Shown here: piece by piece, positions 63,871-64,000 of the stretch | Layout of the letters: each line of letters begins with the position of its first letter | How positions within the stretch are numbered: the first letter of the stretch is position 1 | Assembly (NCBI GenBank): GCA_951406725.2 | Contig: OX597821.1 | Coordinates: 49,042,001-49,106,000 of the forward strand | Direction of reading: 5' to 3' | Source of the DNA: Octopus vulgaris | Taxonomy: Eukaryota | DNA length: 64,000 nucleotides | Notes under the pieces: model-generated | Database searches by the model: none | What the model was told of the DNA's origin: nothing | The model's input: the letters and a program-made list of their open reading frames with translations, nothing else | Position numbers and translations under genes: made by a program

Positions 63871-64000
63871 GGTAAGTGGAGGGACATATGCAAATAAAAT
63901 AGATTACAAAAAAGATAGGTATATTATATACTAAGGAAAGATATAAAAATCAGATATATGGAGAGAAAGGGGGTGTAGGGAGATTTGAGAAAGAGTTAGC

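Overview
AT-rich, microsatellite-laden eukaryotic genomic DNA. The SINE repertoire looks like that of a coleoid cephalopod, probably Octopus (inference from recognition, not a search). One multi-exon gene on the + strand spans most of the window and is invisible to the ORF track. It is a secreted astacin-family (M12A) zinc metalloprotease with a MAM domain, the architecture of squid ALSM/myosinase and meprin-like enzymes. I reconstructed 12 phase-compatible GT-AG exons (8880-59406, 1377 nt, 459 codons): signal peptide, a prodomain built from 39-60 nt micro-exons, FEGDM Asp-switch, RKKR furin site, HELLHSVGLWHEQSRTDRD zinc motif, SIMHY Met-turn, then MAM. I did not find the last MAM exon or the stop in the window. 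The rest is transposon-derived: Tx1/L1-like, R4/Dong-like and CR1-like LINEs, Penelope-like elements, a decayed Ty3/Gypsy, mariner remnants, MITEs, a Helitron-like element, several tRNA-derived SINE families and a 3.9 kb 22/23-bp minisatellite with a 565-bp higher-order repeat. Most notable observations: (i) several type-I hammerhead ribozyme motifs with palindromic stem III in the protease introns, four in the sense of the pre-mRNA and one inside a 358-bp retrozyme-like tandem; (ii) an Arg/Trp-rich, micro-exon-encoded prodomain; (iii) a 49-bp hairpin upstream of the gene and several template-switch junctions.
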